This document shows positions 39,734 through 47,476 of a stretch of DNA of 64,000 nucleotides, in pieces. The translations under genes were made by a program, and so were the position numbers. A model generated the notes under the pieces. It had not been told where the DNA came from. It did no database searches and worked only from the letters and a program-made list of their open reading frames with translations. Position 1 is the stretch's first letter. Each line of letters begins with the position of its first letter. This stretch comes from Candidatus Bathyarchaeia archaeon (GTDB lineage Archaea; Thermoproteota; Bathyarchaeia; Bathyarchaeales; Bathycorpusculaceae): the NCBI GenBank assembly GCA_050012255.1, contig JBEKHN010000012.1, forward strand, positions 1 to 64,000. The letters run 5' to 3'.

Positions 39734-40144
39734 TCTCGAACCCCAAGCCCTTAGTCTAGAAGGTTCTGCTTATGAAACTTTACGCTTCCAAACCTAAGAA
39801 TGCAGATTGCGATCCTTGACTCCACCTATATCTCACTGAGCATTTGTCACAGTGGCAATGGAGCTCTGTTTGTTCTTAACATAGGTTATTAGTCAACGCC
39901 ATGAACATCCATGCCGCCCATGTCCATTGCAAACGTGCCACGCACGGACCTAATCAAGTTCGAAAAGCAATCTCGAAGGATTGTGAAAATATCTTGGACA
40001 TCGAAGGTATCGAAATCCTCAGGAAAGCAGAATGCATGACCTAATCTATTTGTTGCAAAACTGTACTAATTGTTTTAATAAGAGTTATTGCGCTTTGAAA
40101 ATACACATGAACAACGTAAAAAGGTTAAAACATTTATGGGCCCT

Positions 40145-40294
40145 TATTCCGCGCGGAATATGAGGTCCTGGTCAGATGTCTCGAGAGTCCCCCTCGGATC
40201 CGAGGGGCCGCCTCGGAATAGGATCCGCGCACCTCTGAATCAGAGGGGGATAAGCTGTCAATCGGAGGGGGAGCCCCTCGAAATCAGAGGGGGA
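40145..40294. repeat. Palindrome and iteron cluster: three AATC(A/G)GAGGGGGA copies at 22-bp period plus two perfect palindromes
   Basis: Copies at 40238, 40260 and 40282. Palindromes TATTCCGCGCGGAATA (40145-40160) and CCCCTCGGATCCGAGGGG (40190-40207). Confidence 0.9.
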
Positions 40295-40308
40295 GAACTC
40301 TGCGCGCG

Positions 40309-40554
40309 CTATAGGTATCTTCTGCCTTTCAGTCTCCGACGCCACTGACTGTAAACCTCAATACTGTCCCGCATAGCATCATAGTTATTTCTCATCCGGT
40401 ACAGAGTGTTCCTAGCAGTCGTATAGTGAACTTTTATCGTGTCGGCAGCGTGCTTCAACGGGTTCTTGTACCCCTCATTCTGGGCCTTGATGATCTCCTC
40501 GATGAGTTCCCGCTGCCTCTTAGTCCACAGCAACCTGTTCGACAAAACGACCAT
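40309..40554 (-). CDS. Small HTH DNA-binding protein
   Basis: WTKRQRELI...LKHAADTIKVHYTTARNTLYR HTH-like pattern. Confidence 0.65.
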   Translation of the reverse strand: MVVLSNRLLWTKRQRELIEEIIKAQNEGYKNPLKHAADTIKVHYTTARNTLYRMRNNYDAMRDSIEVYSQWRRRLKGRRYL

Positions 40555-40752
40555 CCCGACCTCTAATGGCTATCTATAGTACATGTACCACGTTTTAAGA
40601 GTTTCTGTACCTGTCAAAACCAAACGTTAGATACTTTGAACTTCTACTCCCTGAGCAAACGGTCTTGAAGGTCATGTCCTTGGCGCCTCTGTCGAGAGCT
40701 GCTCGAGTTTCGCCTGGACTTGCTTAATCTTTTCAGAGGAATTATGCACTTG

Positions 40753-41028
40753 CTACCCCCCTGAAATTGGACTTTTCTGTCCGCTTAGCTTCTCAGCCTG
40801 CAACGCGTTGAGCCTCGTCACATTCATCAGGATCACTTCCCCACCTGCACGCATGCCGGACGTCGACGCGCAGACGTCTTCGTCTTTGTCTCTCCACTCC
40901 TCGAGTTTGTCCCATTCCCCTGGGGGCAGGGTGAAGAGGATGAAGACGCTGCGAGGTATGTCGAAGTGTCTTTTTTCTACGAAGGGGTCTTTGATCTTCG
41001 GTCCCTTCTTCTGGACCGCTGCGCGCAT
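40753..41028 (-). CDS. Hypothetical protein; the frame extends upstream into an RHH-like segment
   Basis: In-frame upstream sequence reads QVCCTVSKELLQDF...LSEAVSDLMRAAV but has no canonical start codon. Confidence 0.55.
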   Translation of the reverse strand: MRAAVQKKGPKIKDPFVEKRHFDIPRSVFILFTLPPGEWDKLEEWRDKDEDVCASTSGMRAGGEVILMNVTRLNALQAEKLSGQKSPISGG

Positions 41029-41336
41029 GAGATCACTGACTGCCTCTGATAGCCCTCCCGGATAGTGCGCATAGACGACGCGGTCCTGGAAGTCTTGAAG
41101 CAGCTCCTTTGAAACCGTGCAGCAGACCTGGGCCTCTCCTTTTAAACTGTTCTTCTTTGCTTCTTCAATGGGTTTACGGATTCCAGCTGCAAGGTCATGT
41201 AGGAGCTCACCCTGATTAGGGCGCGCGTTTTCTCCCTCCTATAGAATACTTCAAAGATATTCCCAACAGTAGTAAAAGGATAATGCTAATATATAAGAAT
41301 ATCCCTAGAGTATATCGGTGAGTCGGTGTGCAGGCC

Positions 41337-41495
41337 TTGCCGGTAAAGTTTCAAATGAGCGTCGTCCTCGTTGGAAAAAGCTTGAAAGTCACGATTCCCA
41401 AGGAGATCTGTGAGTACCTCGGTCTGAAGAAAGGCGACGTCGTGAGCCTGTGGGCCGACAACAGTCACATCATCATGGAAAAGAGGGAGTCCTGA
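41337..41495 (+). CDS. AbrB/MazE/SpoVT-family DNA-binding protein (52 aa)
   Basis: Hand translation MPVKFQMSVVLVGKSLKVTIPKEICEYLGLKKGDVV has the classic G.SL.VTIPK....LGL..GD motif. Confidence 0.85.
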   Translation: MPVKFQMSVVLVGKSLKVTIPKEICEYLGLKKGDVVSLWADNSHIIMEKRES

Positions 41496-41749
41496 CGTCC
41501 GGGGAAGTCACGGAGAACTTCGACGTAAAAGGGCATAGAACGGCCTTGTTTTCACAATTAGCCCACGTTCTAGTCGTCTCCAAGAACAAATTTGATAAGG
41601 AGTGTGCTGCCAACCGCGATCGACAGGCCTGGGGAAGACTCATCGTCACAGGGATTGAGGCGTACGCGAAGCTGCTTGAAACCGTTCAACTTGACGTCTT
41701 GGAGAAGCGTGTAAGCCAGCTTGAAGGTCGCGAGGGTGAAGCTAAATGA
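41450..41749 (+). CDS. Small helical protein with a C-terminal coiled coil (terminase-small-subunit-like by inference)
   Basis: LLETVQLDVLEKRVSQLE tail. The start is uncertain. Confidence 0.55.
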   Translation: MGRQQSHHHGKEGVLTSGEVTENFDVKGHRTALFSQLAHVLVVSKNKFDKECAANRDRQAWGRLIVTGIEAYAKLLETVQLDVLEKRVSQLEGREGEAK

Positions 41750-41952
41750 GGAGTAAGGAACTGGAGAAGCGCCTCGAGAAGCTTGAGAAAACGGTGAAGG
41801 TCAACGACAAGCCAAACATGATCCTGATCCGAGGGGAATGGTTCCCCCTCGATAATCGGCCTGAGACCATCGAAGCGGCAAAGACGACGCCTATCCCCTG
41901 GTACGGCCGCTGGTGGAGGGAGAACAACCCCCCGATAAAGGAGGAACCGTGA
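41746..41952 (+). CDS. Small hypothetical protein
   Basis: LEKRLEKLE N-terminus, with ATGA overlap with the previous gene. Confidence 0.6.
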   Translation: MRSKELEKRLEKLEKTVKVNDKPNMILIRGEWFPLDNRPETIEAAKTTPIPWYGRWWRENNPPIKEEP

Positions 41953-41953
41953 A

Positions 41954-44056
41954 ATGAGTACAGATGTAGCGATCCATTTGGTTGCGTATGACGAAGCTTC
42001 TGAAATAATTGAGCAGATGGGGTCTAACCTTTCCGCAACTTTCACTGACATTGGAGGGCGAACGCAAGACTTAGTGACAACTACTGATGGCGCGACTTCC
42101 AAGATTACAGATGACTGGAACCAGGTCAATGGTGCTGGACAGAATCTTAAGAAGACCCAAGAAGACATGCAGAGCAGTACAAGCGACACAGCAATGAGCA
42201 TGAACAGGCTGGCGCAATCCGGTGCCAACCTCTTCATAAGTTTTGAACGTGTTGAAAACGCTCAGGTAATGGTTGACAGGGCAAACCTGATGGTACAGCG
42301 AAGCACGCAAACCTGTGAAAAAGCTCAAACCGCGTACAACGACGCCGTTGCAAAGTACGGGCCGAACAGTGCCGAGGCGAAAGCCGCTCTTGACAGGCTT
42401 GCTATCGCCCAGGAAGCCGTTGTGGTCTCGCAGGAAAGGGCCGATATGTCAGCGAGAAACTTCAACAACACGATAATGTCGAGCGCACTGATGGTCATTC
42501 CCAGTTTCATCTCAATCATTGGAACCGTCAACAGTCTCCTGCCTGAAACAACCGCGGAAACTTTCAGTTTAGGCGCCGCCATAGACTTTGCGACTGGGCC
42601 CATCGGATTAGCGATAATCGCTGTCAGCGCCATGACCGCTGCTCTCGTGCTTATCCCAGGCGCCATGGACGCGGTTGTCAACGCGTTTGAAACTGCTGGA
42701 AACTTTTTCGTAGGCATCGCAAATGACATAGGCAATGCTTGGGGCGGCTTCGTCGGACTCTTCACAGGCGGAAACCAGCAAGCCGAAAAGTCAATAAATC
42801 CTCTGACGGCCTCTGTTGAGGACTACACGAAAGCCGTAAAAGACTCGACAACTGCGACTGATGATTACGTAGGGTCTATTAACACTTTGAACTCTACCGT
42901 CCAAAACCTATCAACAACTGTCCAAGGCGCGGGACAGGTTTGGGGTCCTTTTTCGCAAGCGGAAGAGACTGCGAGGCGGACAACGGAAGACTTCACGGTA
43001 AACGGACAAAAATATATGGCGGACATGGAGGAGACGTGGAGGGAAGCGCAAGCATCAGCTAACGTTAACCTTGGACAGATCAAGGCAGAATATGAGGAAG
43101 AGATAGATACTGGCCAATTTACAAAGGCAACCGATACCCTTCTCAAGTTCGCGGAACAGTATGGCTTACTCGTGCCTGAAGCTAAAAAAATCGTCTTGGA
43201 CTTCAAAGCTGTTCAAGCATCGATTCCAGAGTCAATTGAGGAGCAGCTGATTGGAAAGGCTCAGGCGGATCTTCAGGCGTTTCAAGACTGTGTAACAGGC
43301 AAGTTCGCAGGCATGCAAGGCGATTCTTCAGGCTACGTGAAACAGCTTGTTACCGATACGAATGATTTGATCAGCAGGGGACTCGTGGGCCAAGCTCAAG
43401 ATAACATTGCAGCCTACGTGAAATGCGCGACTGACAAGCATGATACACTCGTCTCCGATATCGAGGCTGACTTGGCAAAGCTGAAGGTGGACTACGCGGC
43501 CGGTGCCACTGATCTTGCGCCGATGATAAAGCAGCTTGAAGAGTTTAAACTTGCAGCAACATTCGGCGAGCCTGGGGTAGACATTTTCGCTGCTATAAAA
43601 CTGGCAGGCACCACGGCCAGTGAAGTTGCTGCTGAAACAGAAACGGCAACGACGCAGATCACAGCTTCGTTCCAAGGCATGGCGAACAATGCGATCTTGC
43701 ATGCTCAGAGACTTCAGGATAGTCTTGTCGGACAGAGCATCTGGACTGACATGCTGACTAAGATGGAAAGTACGACGGAGAAATCAGTCGCTAAGATCCA
43801 GGGGCAGTTCCAGATGCTTCAGCCAGAAGGCCTCATCGGAGGCGGCTTCGGCGTTCCAGAAGCTCTCCCCAGGGCCGGAGGAGGAAAGGTGATCAACGCG
43901 CCAATCAGGATCACTATTGAAGGAAACGCTGATAGGGCGACTGTTGATTTGATGAAGAAAGAGATTTTTGCGGCTTTGAAGTCAGTTGTTGTTGAGCCTA
44001 CAAGCAGCAATGCGCCCACTACGTCGAAGAGGATAAGGCAGGGAAGTACGTTCTAG
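41954..44056 (+). CDS. Tail tape-measure-like protein (700 aa)
   Basis: N-terminal I.L.A.D.AS motif, Ala/Gln/Thr-rich helices, central hydrophobic GPIGLAIIAV segment, LVGQSIWTDM motif and C-terminal I.I.I.G.AD. Confidence 0.78.
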   Translation: MSTDVAIHLVAYDEASEIIEQMGSNLSATFTDIGGRTQDLVTTTDGATSKITDDWNQVNGAGQNLKKTQEDMQSSTSDTAMSMNRLAQSGANLFISFERVENAQVMVDRANLMVQRSTQTCEKAQTAYNDAVAKYGPNSAEAKAALDRLAIAQEAVVVSQERADMSARNFNNTIMSSALMVIPSFISIIGTVNSLLPETTAETFSLGAAIDFATGPIGLAIIAVSAMTAALVLIPGAMDAVVNAFETAGNFFVGIANDIGNAWGGFVGLFTGGNQQAEKSINPLTASVEDYTKAVKDSTTATDDYVGSINTLNSTVQNLSTTVQGAGQVWGPFSQAEETARRTTEDFTVNGQKYMADMEETWREAQASANVNLGQIKAEYEEEIDTGQFTKATDTLLKFAEQYGLLVPEAKKIVLDFKAVQASIPESIEEQLIGKAQADLQAFQDCVTGKFAGMQGDSSGYVKQLVTDTNDLISRGLVGQAQDNIAAYVKCATDKHDTLVSDIEADLAKLKVDYAAGATDLAPMIKQLEEFKLAATFGEPGVDIFAAIKLAGTTASEVAAETETATTQITASFQGMANNAILHAQRLQDSLVGQSIWTDMLTKMESTTEKSVAKIQGQFQMLQPEGLIGGGFGVPEALPRAGGGKVINAPIRITIEGNADRATVDLMKKEIFAALKSVVVEPTSSNAPTTSKRIRQGSTF

Positions 44057-44352
44057 AGACAAGTAGTCGTGTCAACACTCAGTATCTCGTCTTCTTCAAA
44101 GTCCGCCGCGGACCGGTTCCTGAGCAACTGTTCATAGGCCCTCGGATAGCTGATTTGCAAGTCTCTGAGACGCCCGTTGTTGGCGTCTTTCCTGTTTTCG
44201 AAGGTCCCAACTACTTTGCCATAACTTTTGGGCGGCCGCTCGCCTTGGCGTATGATCCAGTAGTCGCAGAAACCAAAGGCCTCGCATTTCAACACGTAGA
44301 CTCGGTCGAAGAATTGCGAGATTTCCTCAAGAGTTGATATTCGGCGCTGCAA
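44053..44352 (-). CDS. Hypothetical protein
   Basis: Last gene of the helicase operon. Confidence 0.55.
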   Translation of the reverse strand: MQRRISTLEEISQFFDRVYVLKCEAFGFCDYWIIRQGERPPKSYGKVVGTFENRKDANNGRLRDLQISYPRAYEQLLRNRSAADFEEDEILSVDTTTCL

Positions 44353-44365
44353 GTTTTTCGACGTA

Positions 44366-44866
44366 TCACTCGCCTCCTCTAAGTCTAGCCCGTCGCGCGC
44401 GCTCTTTCGCCTTCGCCTCTTCTCGGATTTCGGCCTGATGGTCCTTGGACTCCTTCACGAGTTTGAGCGCGCACACGTATCCTGCGCGCGCGGCCTCGGC
44501 ATCCTGACAAACTTTGACTGTTTCATTGTGGCTTTCATGAGCCCTATGGAGTCTTCGAGCGTTCTCAATCACTTCAGTTGTTGAGGGCCCTTGTTCCTGT
44601 TCTCCCTCCGGCTGTGGCTTTTCGAAAGCGAAAGTTGAACCTAGAGTCTCAGAGACTTCGGGCGGCGGCGCCGGAAAACGCTTCTCATATAGGGCCCGTA
44701 TACGCTCTCGCTCTTCCGGAGTTGCGATTTGAGGCCTAGCTTGCTTTGGCACTTTTGAGTCTAGCGCGCGCCTGCATTTGTTGCAGCCGCTGGGACATTG
44801 ACCTATCAGAGGCGTAAATTCAAGGGCTAAGGTGACCCGGTCAGTTCCAAGTCTCGTTTCATTCAT
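44366..44866 (-). CDS. Hypothetical protein with a CxxxCxxC motif
   Basis: Overlaps the upstream gene and is co-oriented with it. Confidence 0.6.
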   Translation of the reverse strand: MNETRLGTDRVTLALEFTPLIGQCPSGCNKCRRALDSKVPKQARPQIATPEERERIRALYEKRFPAPPPEVSETLGSTFAFEKPQPEGEQEQGPSTTEVIENARRLHRAHESHNETVKVCQDAEAARAGYVCALKLVKESKDHQAEIREEAKAKERARRARLRGGE

Positions 44867-45143
44867 GTTTCAATATCACCTCCCAGTTGCGTAATAGACT
44901 CAATTGTTTATCGTCTCCCAGGAGGAGCAGCGTGCAGGGCTTGTGGATCCTGCCGAGGCTGCCCGCCTCGAATCTGACAAGGCGCCCCTTAGCTTCCCAG
45001 CCTGCGCTTCGCACCGTCACCCATCGGCCGACGAAATAGACTAGAAGATTGCGCTCCTCAAAGACTATGACGTCCTTTTCGTACTCTTCTCTTTTGCTTA
45101 TCGCACTGTCCTTGGACAAGGGGATACAGAACCGGCTTGTCAT
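44859..45143 (-). CDS. Small beta-rich (Sm/SH3-like) hypothetical protein
   Basis: VGRWVTVR...AKGRLVRFE pattern, with ATGA overlap with the helicase gene. Confidence 0.6.
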   Translation of the reverse strand: MTSRFCIPLSKDSAISKREEYEKDVIVFEERNLLVYFVGRWVTVRSAGWEAKGRLVRFEAGSLGRIHKPCTLLLLGDDKQLSLLRNWEVILKHE

Positions 45144-46687
45144 GCGTCGTTCAACCTCTTCTCAAGTTCAATTCCACACTCTTCACAGAGGAGGCCCCAA
45201 CTCCCATTACGACAGGTCGCTTGCCATTCCATGCGCCCTCGAAAACCACACGCTACGCACTTGTCCTGATAGTTCATGGTCAGTCGTTCGAGCTTCAGCG
45301 TTTGACTGGCTAGGGCTTCTAAATTGCCTTCACTACCTTCACTTTGTTCACTTCCTTCACTCTTTAGCCCTTCTTCAGAGGCTAATTTTTCCTTAGTCCG
45401 TGAAGGAAGTGAAGGTTGTGAGGGAAGTGAAGGTGTTTCAGAAGGGGGTTCATACCGGGCCTTTAGTCTTTCAATCAGCTTAATGTCCCAGAAGAAGCCG
45501 GACTTACCTCCTCCGAACCGGCACTTCTCAAAGCCCAAAGCGGCGACCTTACGTCCCACTTGAGTGGTCTTCAGCTGCTCCTTCTCTGACAGGCCCACGT
45601 TGAAAGTGTCCGTTATCGCCTGGGTCGACAGCTTTCCTTCTTTGATATCCTTTTCGCATTTGAGCACAGCGTCGAACATCCGTGCCTCGATGCTGGCCTG
45701 CTCCTCGTCCAAGCGGCTCTTTGTGATCTGCTTCATGCAGGTTATGAGGCGGGCCCTTATGTCTTCTGTAGGAGCAACTTGTAGAAGACTCACGAAAAGT
45801 TCAATTACCCGAGCATTTTTGAACTGACCGTTTAGCCAGGACATCTCAAAGAGCCCAGGTTCTTTCGCCAAGTTTTTGAAGCGGTACATCAGCAACCTGT
45901 TTCTCAGGTCCTGGGCCTTCTCCTCGTCTATGAAGAGGTTGATCTGCTTCACGTTCCGTGTCATCGTCGTTATCACGCAGCGGCTTTGAAGCGTAGAGGC
46001 GAGTTCCTGAGTTCCGGCGAGAACCTTGAAACCGAAGGTGTCGAACATGGCGATCTGAGGGCAACCCTCTTCGACCTTTTCTATTCTGATCGCGTACTGA
46101 CCTTTCCGGTAGCCGCTGTTAAGCAAGGCAAGTACTTCGACCATTGCTTCTCGGTTGTAGATCTCACATTCGTCCAGCAGAAGAACGGGATGCCAGGCCT
46201 CAAGGGCCCGGAACAGGCTTGCAGCACTCATTGAAGAAGCTATGACTCCTCGGTAACAGATTCTACCGAAGCATTCGAGCGCGCGGGTTTTGCCGCTTGC
46301 CATGGGCCCGAGGAAAAAGGCGTAGGGCACAACGGTGAACTCTTCAGTTCTCCAAGTGGCCAGGGTGAAGGCGGCGTAAACATCGTAGAAGAGGTCGTTC
46401 GCAATGTCCAAGTGTTCAACGTAGAAGGCCCGGACGTCAGAGAACAATTGGATCTCGCTTTTATAGTCTTTCGGCCGGGTTGCAGCCGGCCAGGGAAGGC
46501 GCTTCAGAGGAACATACTCTTCTCCCTCATGATAGAAATGATGTGGGTCGCTGGGAGCTTCAAACTTGCTCTCGTTTCTGTCGAAGATGACATAGCACCC
46601 GTTCGTTACCTGTTCAAAAATGACGGTTGGAAAAGCGAAGCCAGGCGTCGACGTCGGCTTGACTTTCTCCTCCTTCTCTTTCGCCAC
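45140..46687 (-). CDS. Replication helicase/ATPase (DUF3631-like AAA+) with C-terminal wHTH and zinc finger
   Basis: Walker A GPMASGKT, Walker B LLLDE, LLNSGY, SRC arginine finger and CxxC...CxxC. Confidence 0.8.
   Translation of the reverse strand: MAKEKEEKVKPTSTPGFAFPTVIFEQVTNGCYVIFDRNESKFEAPSDPHHFYHEGEEYVPLKRLPWPAATRPKDYKSEIQLFSDVRAFYVEHLDIANDLFYDVYAAFTLATWRTEEFTVVPYAFFLGPMASGKTRALECFGRICYRGVIASSMSAASLFRALEAWHPVLLLDECEIYNREAMVEVLALLNSGYRKGQYAIRIEKVEEGCPQIAMFDTFGFKVLAGTQELASTLQSRCVITTMTRNVKQINLFIDEEKAQDLRNRLLMYRFKNLAKEPGLFEMSWLNGQFKNARVIELFVSLLQVAPTEDIRARLITCMKQITKSRLDEEQASIEARMFDAVLKCEKDIKEGKLSTQAITDTFNVGLSEKEQLKTTQVGRKVAALGFEKCRFGGGKSGFFWDIKLIERLKARYEPPSETPSLPSQPSLPSRTKEKLASEEGLKSEGSEQSEGSEGNLEALASQTLKLERLTMNYQDKCVACGFRGRMEWQATCRNGSWGLLCEECGIELEKRLNDA
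45327..45433. repeat. Two inverted arrays of four 9-bp iterons (CCTTCACTN) inside the helicase gene; putative origin
   Basis: 45327-45362 forward and 45398-45433 inverted, separated by a 35-bp spacer. Confidence 0.88.
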
Positions 46688-46721
46688 GGCCGTGCACTCC
46701 CTTGACCCGCGCGTTAGTTTG

Positions 46722-46814
46722 CTATTTTACGGTCCCCTTCAAAATCGCAAGTGCTTCCTGCAGGATCTCTTTCGTCTCCCAGATGAGTTCGCGGAGAGTC
46801 TCACGGTCCGTCAT
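46722..46814 (-). CDS. 30-aa peptide MTDRETLRELIWETKEILQEALAILKGTVK
   Basis: Hand translation, with GGAG upstream. Lies between the RHH gene and the helicase. Confidence 0.45.
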   Translation of the reverse strand: MTDRETLRELIWETKEILQEALAILKGTVK

Positions 46815-46827
46815 TTCGTCAACTCCT

Positions 46828-46974
46828 TCACTCGTTCAAGTCTTTGGCGATTTTTTCTCTGACTGTTTGTCTCAGGAAGTTGCTTCTGTCGAGTCCTTGT
46901 TTCTCCGCGTACTTGTCGATTTGCTCGATAATTGCGTTCTTCTCTTTGAACCCGATAACCTTGTCCGCTTTCAT
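46828..46974 (-). CDS. CopG-like ribbon-helix-helix protein (48 aa)
   Basis: Hand translation MKADKVIGFKEKNAIIEQIDKYAEKQGLDRSNFLRQTVREKI. Confidence 0.8.
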   Translation of the reverse strand: MKADKVIGFKEKNAIIEQIDKYAEKQGLDRSNFLRQTVREKIAKDLNE

Positions 46975-47056
46975 CGCGTTTCAACTCAATTTAAAAGCTT
47001 ATAACGGAAGAATCGTATACGGTTTAGTGGAACTCGGTTCCAGTAGAGGACGCTAT

Positions 47057-47476
47057 TTGAAAATCAGATGGCAAACTCACCGAAAGTGGCTCTCTCAAAC
47101 TAAGGTCTTTGAGGCTTTCAAGAATGAGAAAGGGGCAGTTGAGGCAAAGACCTGGTCTGAGTTGGAGGCTAAGGTTCCAAGGGCTACTCTCTCCCGAACT
47201 CTGAGGGATTTGATGAAGGAAGGTAACGTGCAAGCCAGTTTACGCCTTGGCAAGAATGGCAAACTAGAAACCGTCTACAAACTAGTGCACGAGTGGCAGA
47301 CAGTCAAACATCACGTGGTTCAAGCCTCCTACAAGGGGAAACCATTCGGAACGTATGAAGGGATGATTTACATGAGACGGGGAAAACTCCATTGCAGACT
47401 GCCTGAAGACGAAAAGAAAAGATTATTGGATGACCAGAAGAGGGCCCAAGGGGCCAGGTCCACTTCTGAGATCTAA
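47057..47476 (+). CDS. Winged-helix transcriptional regulator
   Basis: KTWSELE..VPRATLSRTLRDL...G.V......VYKL. Divergent from the RHH gene. The start is inferred. Confidence 0.8.
   Translation: MKIRWQTHRKWLSQTKVFEAFKNEKGAVEAKTWSELEAKVPRATLSRTLRDLMKEGNVQASLRLGKNGKLETVYKLVHEWQTVKHHVVQASYKGKPFGTYEGMIYMRRGKLHCRLPEDEKKRLLDDQKRAQGARSTSEI

Noticed and set aside
39869-39896. TAA-6bp-TTA dif-like site (TTTGTTCTTAA-CATAGG-TTATTAGTCAA)
   Set aside because: Arm symmetry is weak and there is no matching copy at the other end of the element.
40238-40294. Possible CRISPR mini-array
   Set aside because: The 13-bp repeats and 9-bp spacers are far too short and there are no cas genes. Treated as iterons.
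41130-41200. Programmed frameshift at TTTAAAA supplying a start for the RHH-like ORF
   Set aside because: The slippery heptamer is in the wrong register to shift into that frame and no stimulatory structure is evident.
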